Below, piece by piece: positions 54,719 to 55,067 of a stretch of 55,067 nt of DNA. Source of the stretch: a virus (taxonomy: Duplodnaviria > Caudoviricetes). Under the pieces are notes generated by a model. It worked only from the letters and a program-made list of their open reading frames with translations, searched no databases and was not told the DNA's origin. Made by a program: the position numbers and the translations under genes. Each line of letters begins with the position of its first letter. The stretch's first letter is position 1. Location of the stretch: IMG/VR virus record IMGVR_UViG_3300027969_000130, positions 1-55,067 of that record. The stretch is one strand, 5' to 3'.

Positions 54719-55005
54719 ACGAACCACTCCCTTGCTTGGTCTAGGTCAGCCGGTTGTCGGCGTCCCCATTCCTTCAGGAAGTTGAAAAGATCTTGCGGGG
54801 TCTCGCCCAGCATCTCTTTGCTTTTTTCGTCTTCTACGTCATAGATCTCGCAAAGGTAGACTGTGCACATCAGCATGTCAAGGCTGTCTAAGCCAGTTTC
54901 CTTAAGGATCATGTCCATCGAGTCAATTTGCCGAACCTCGCTATTGAAAGGCCTGGCTTTTTTAGCTACTTCATTCAGCAGCTGAATAAATTCTTGATCG
55001 GTCAT
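54715..55005 (-). CDS. Acyl carrier protein
   Basis: 96 aa, acidic, GLDSLD phosphopantetheine-attachment motif followed by recognition helix; start MTDQEF. Confidence 0.85.
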   Translation of the reverse strand: MTDQEFIQLLNEVAKKARPFNSEVRQIDSMDMILKETGLDSLDMLMCTVYLCEIYDVEDEKSKEMLGETPQDLFNFLKEWGRRQPADLDQAREWFV

Positions 55006-55067
55006 TAGTCCACCATTTGTACAAATCGTTGAGCCCAACTACGCCAGTCAGGAAAGTCAAATGGATT
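54924..55067. repeat. Terminal direct repeat (right copy)
   Basis: Copy of 1-144 with one substitution. Confidence 0.95.

Noticed and set aside
53597-55005. ACP/ketosynthase as host chromosomal contamination or prophage flank
   Set aside because: Both genes overlap or abut phage genes, the contig closes through the ACP gene, and no other host fab or housekeeping genes are present.
1-55067. tRNA genes, integrase/att site, alternative genetic code
   Set aside because: No cloverleaf or recombinase motifs noticed by eye (a tRNAscan run would be needed to exclude tRNAs); genes are intact and densely packed under the standard code.

Overview
This window looks like a complete, circularly assembled tailed-phage genome of about 54.9 kb. 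Bases 1-144 repeat at 54924-55067 with one mismatch. The architecture is podovirus-like: no sheath, tube or tape-measure gene is recognisable, and there are large internal/ejection proteins. Almost all genes are on the minus strand. Late/structural arm: TerS, TerL, portal, GroES, scaffold, major capsid protein, decoration proteins, adaptor(s), two tail fibres, lysis genes and a tail-tubular/nozzle gene, continuing across the contig join into four large internal proteins. Early/replication arm (about 23.6-40.8 kb): DUF932, a nucleotide-modification cluster, family-A DNA polymerase (Leu762 type), resolvase, SSB, primase, UvrD-like and SNF2 helicases, and small accessory ORFs. No integrase, tRNA, CRISPR array or reverse transcriptase was seen. 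Main leads: (1) an acyl carrier protein, a catalytically intact beta-ketoacyl synthase and a probable GNAT-fold protein are translationally coupled inside the tail operon, directly upstream of two Met-Gly-initiated ejection proteins, suggesting a phage-encoded virion-protein lipidation system; (2) a methyltransferase / NTP-PPase / kinase-UDG-like fusion / Asp-type (dCMP-directed) thymidylate-synthase homologue / deaminase / PolA cluster predicts a modified cytosine; (3) two homologous palindromic elements of about 170 bp, 17.5 kb apart, bracket the replication arm; (4) a non-canonical promoter motif TGCGCGC-N17-TAGAAT occurs three times; (5) recurrent [YFM]AxGG and YGQ-x7-EHxFF peptide motifs mark the putative capsid cargo proteins. 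All product calls come from motifs read by eye plus gene context; no searches were run.
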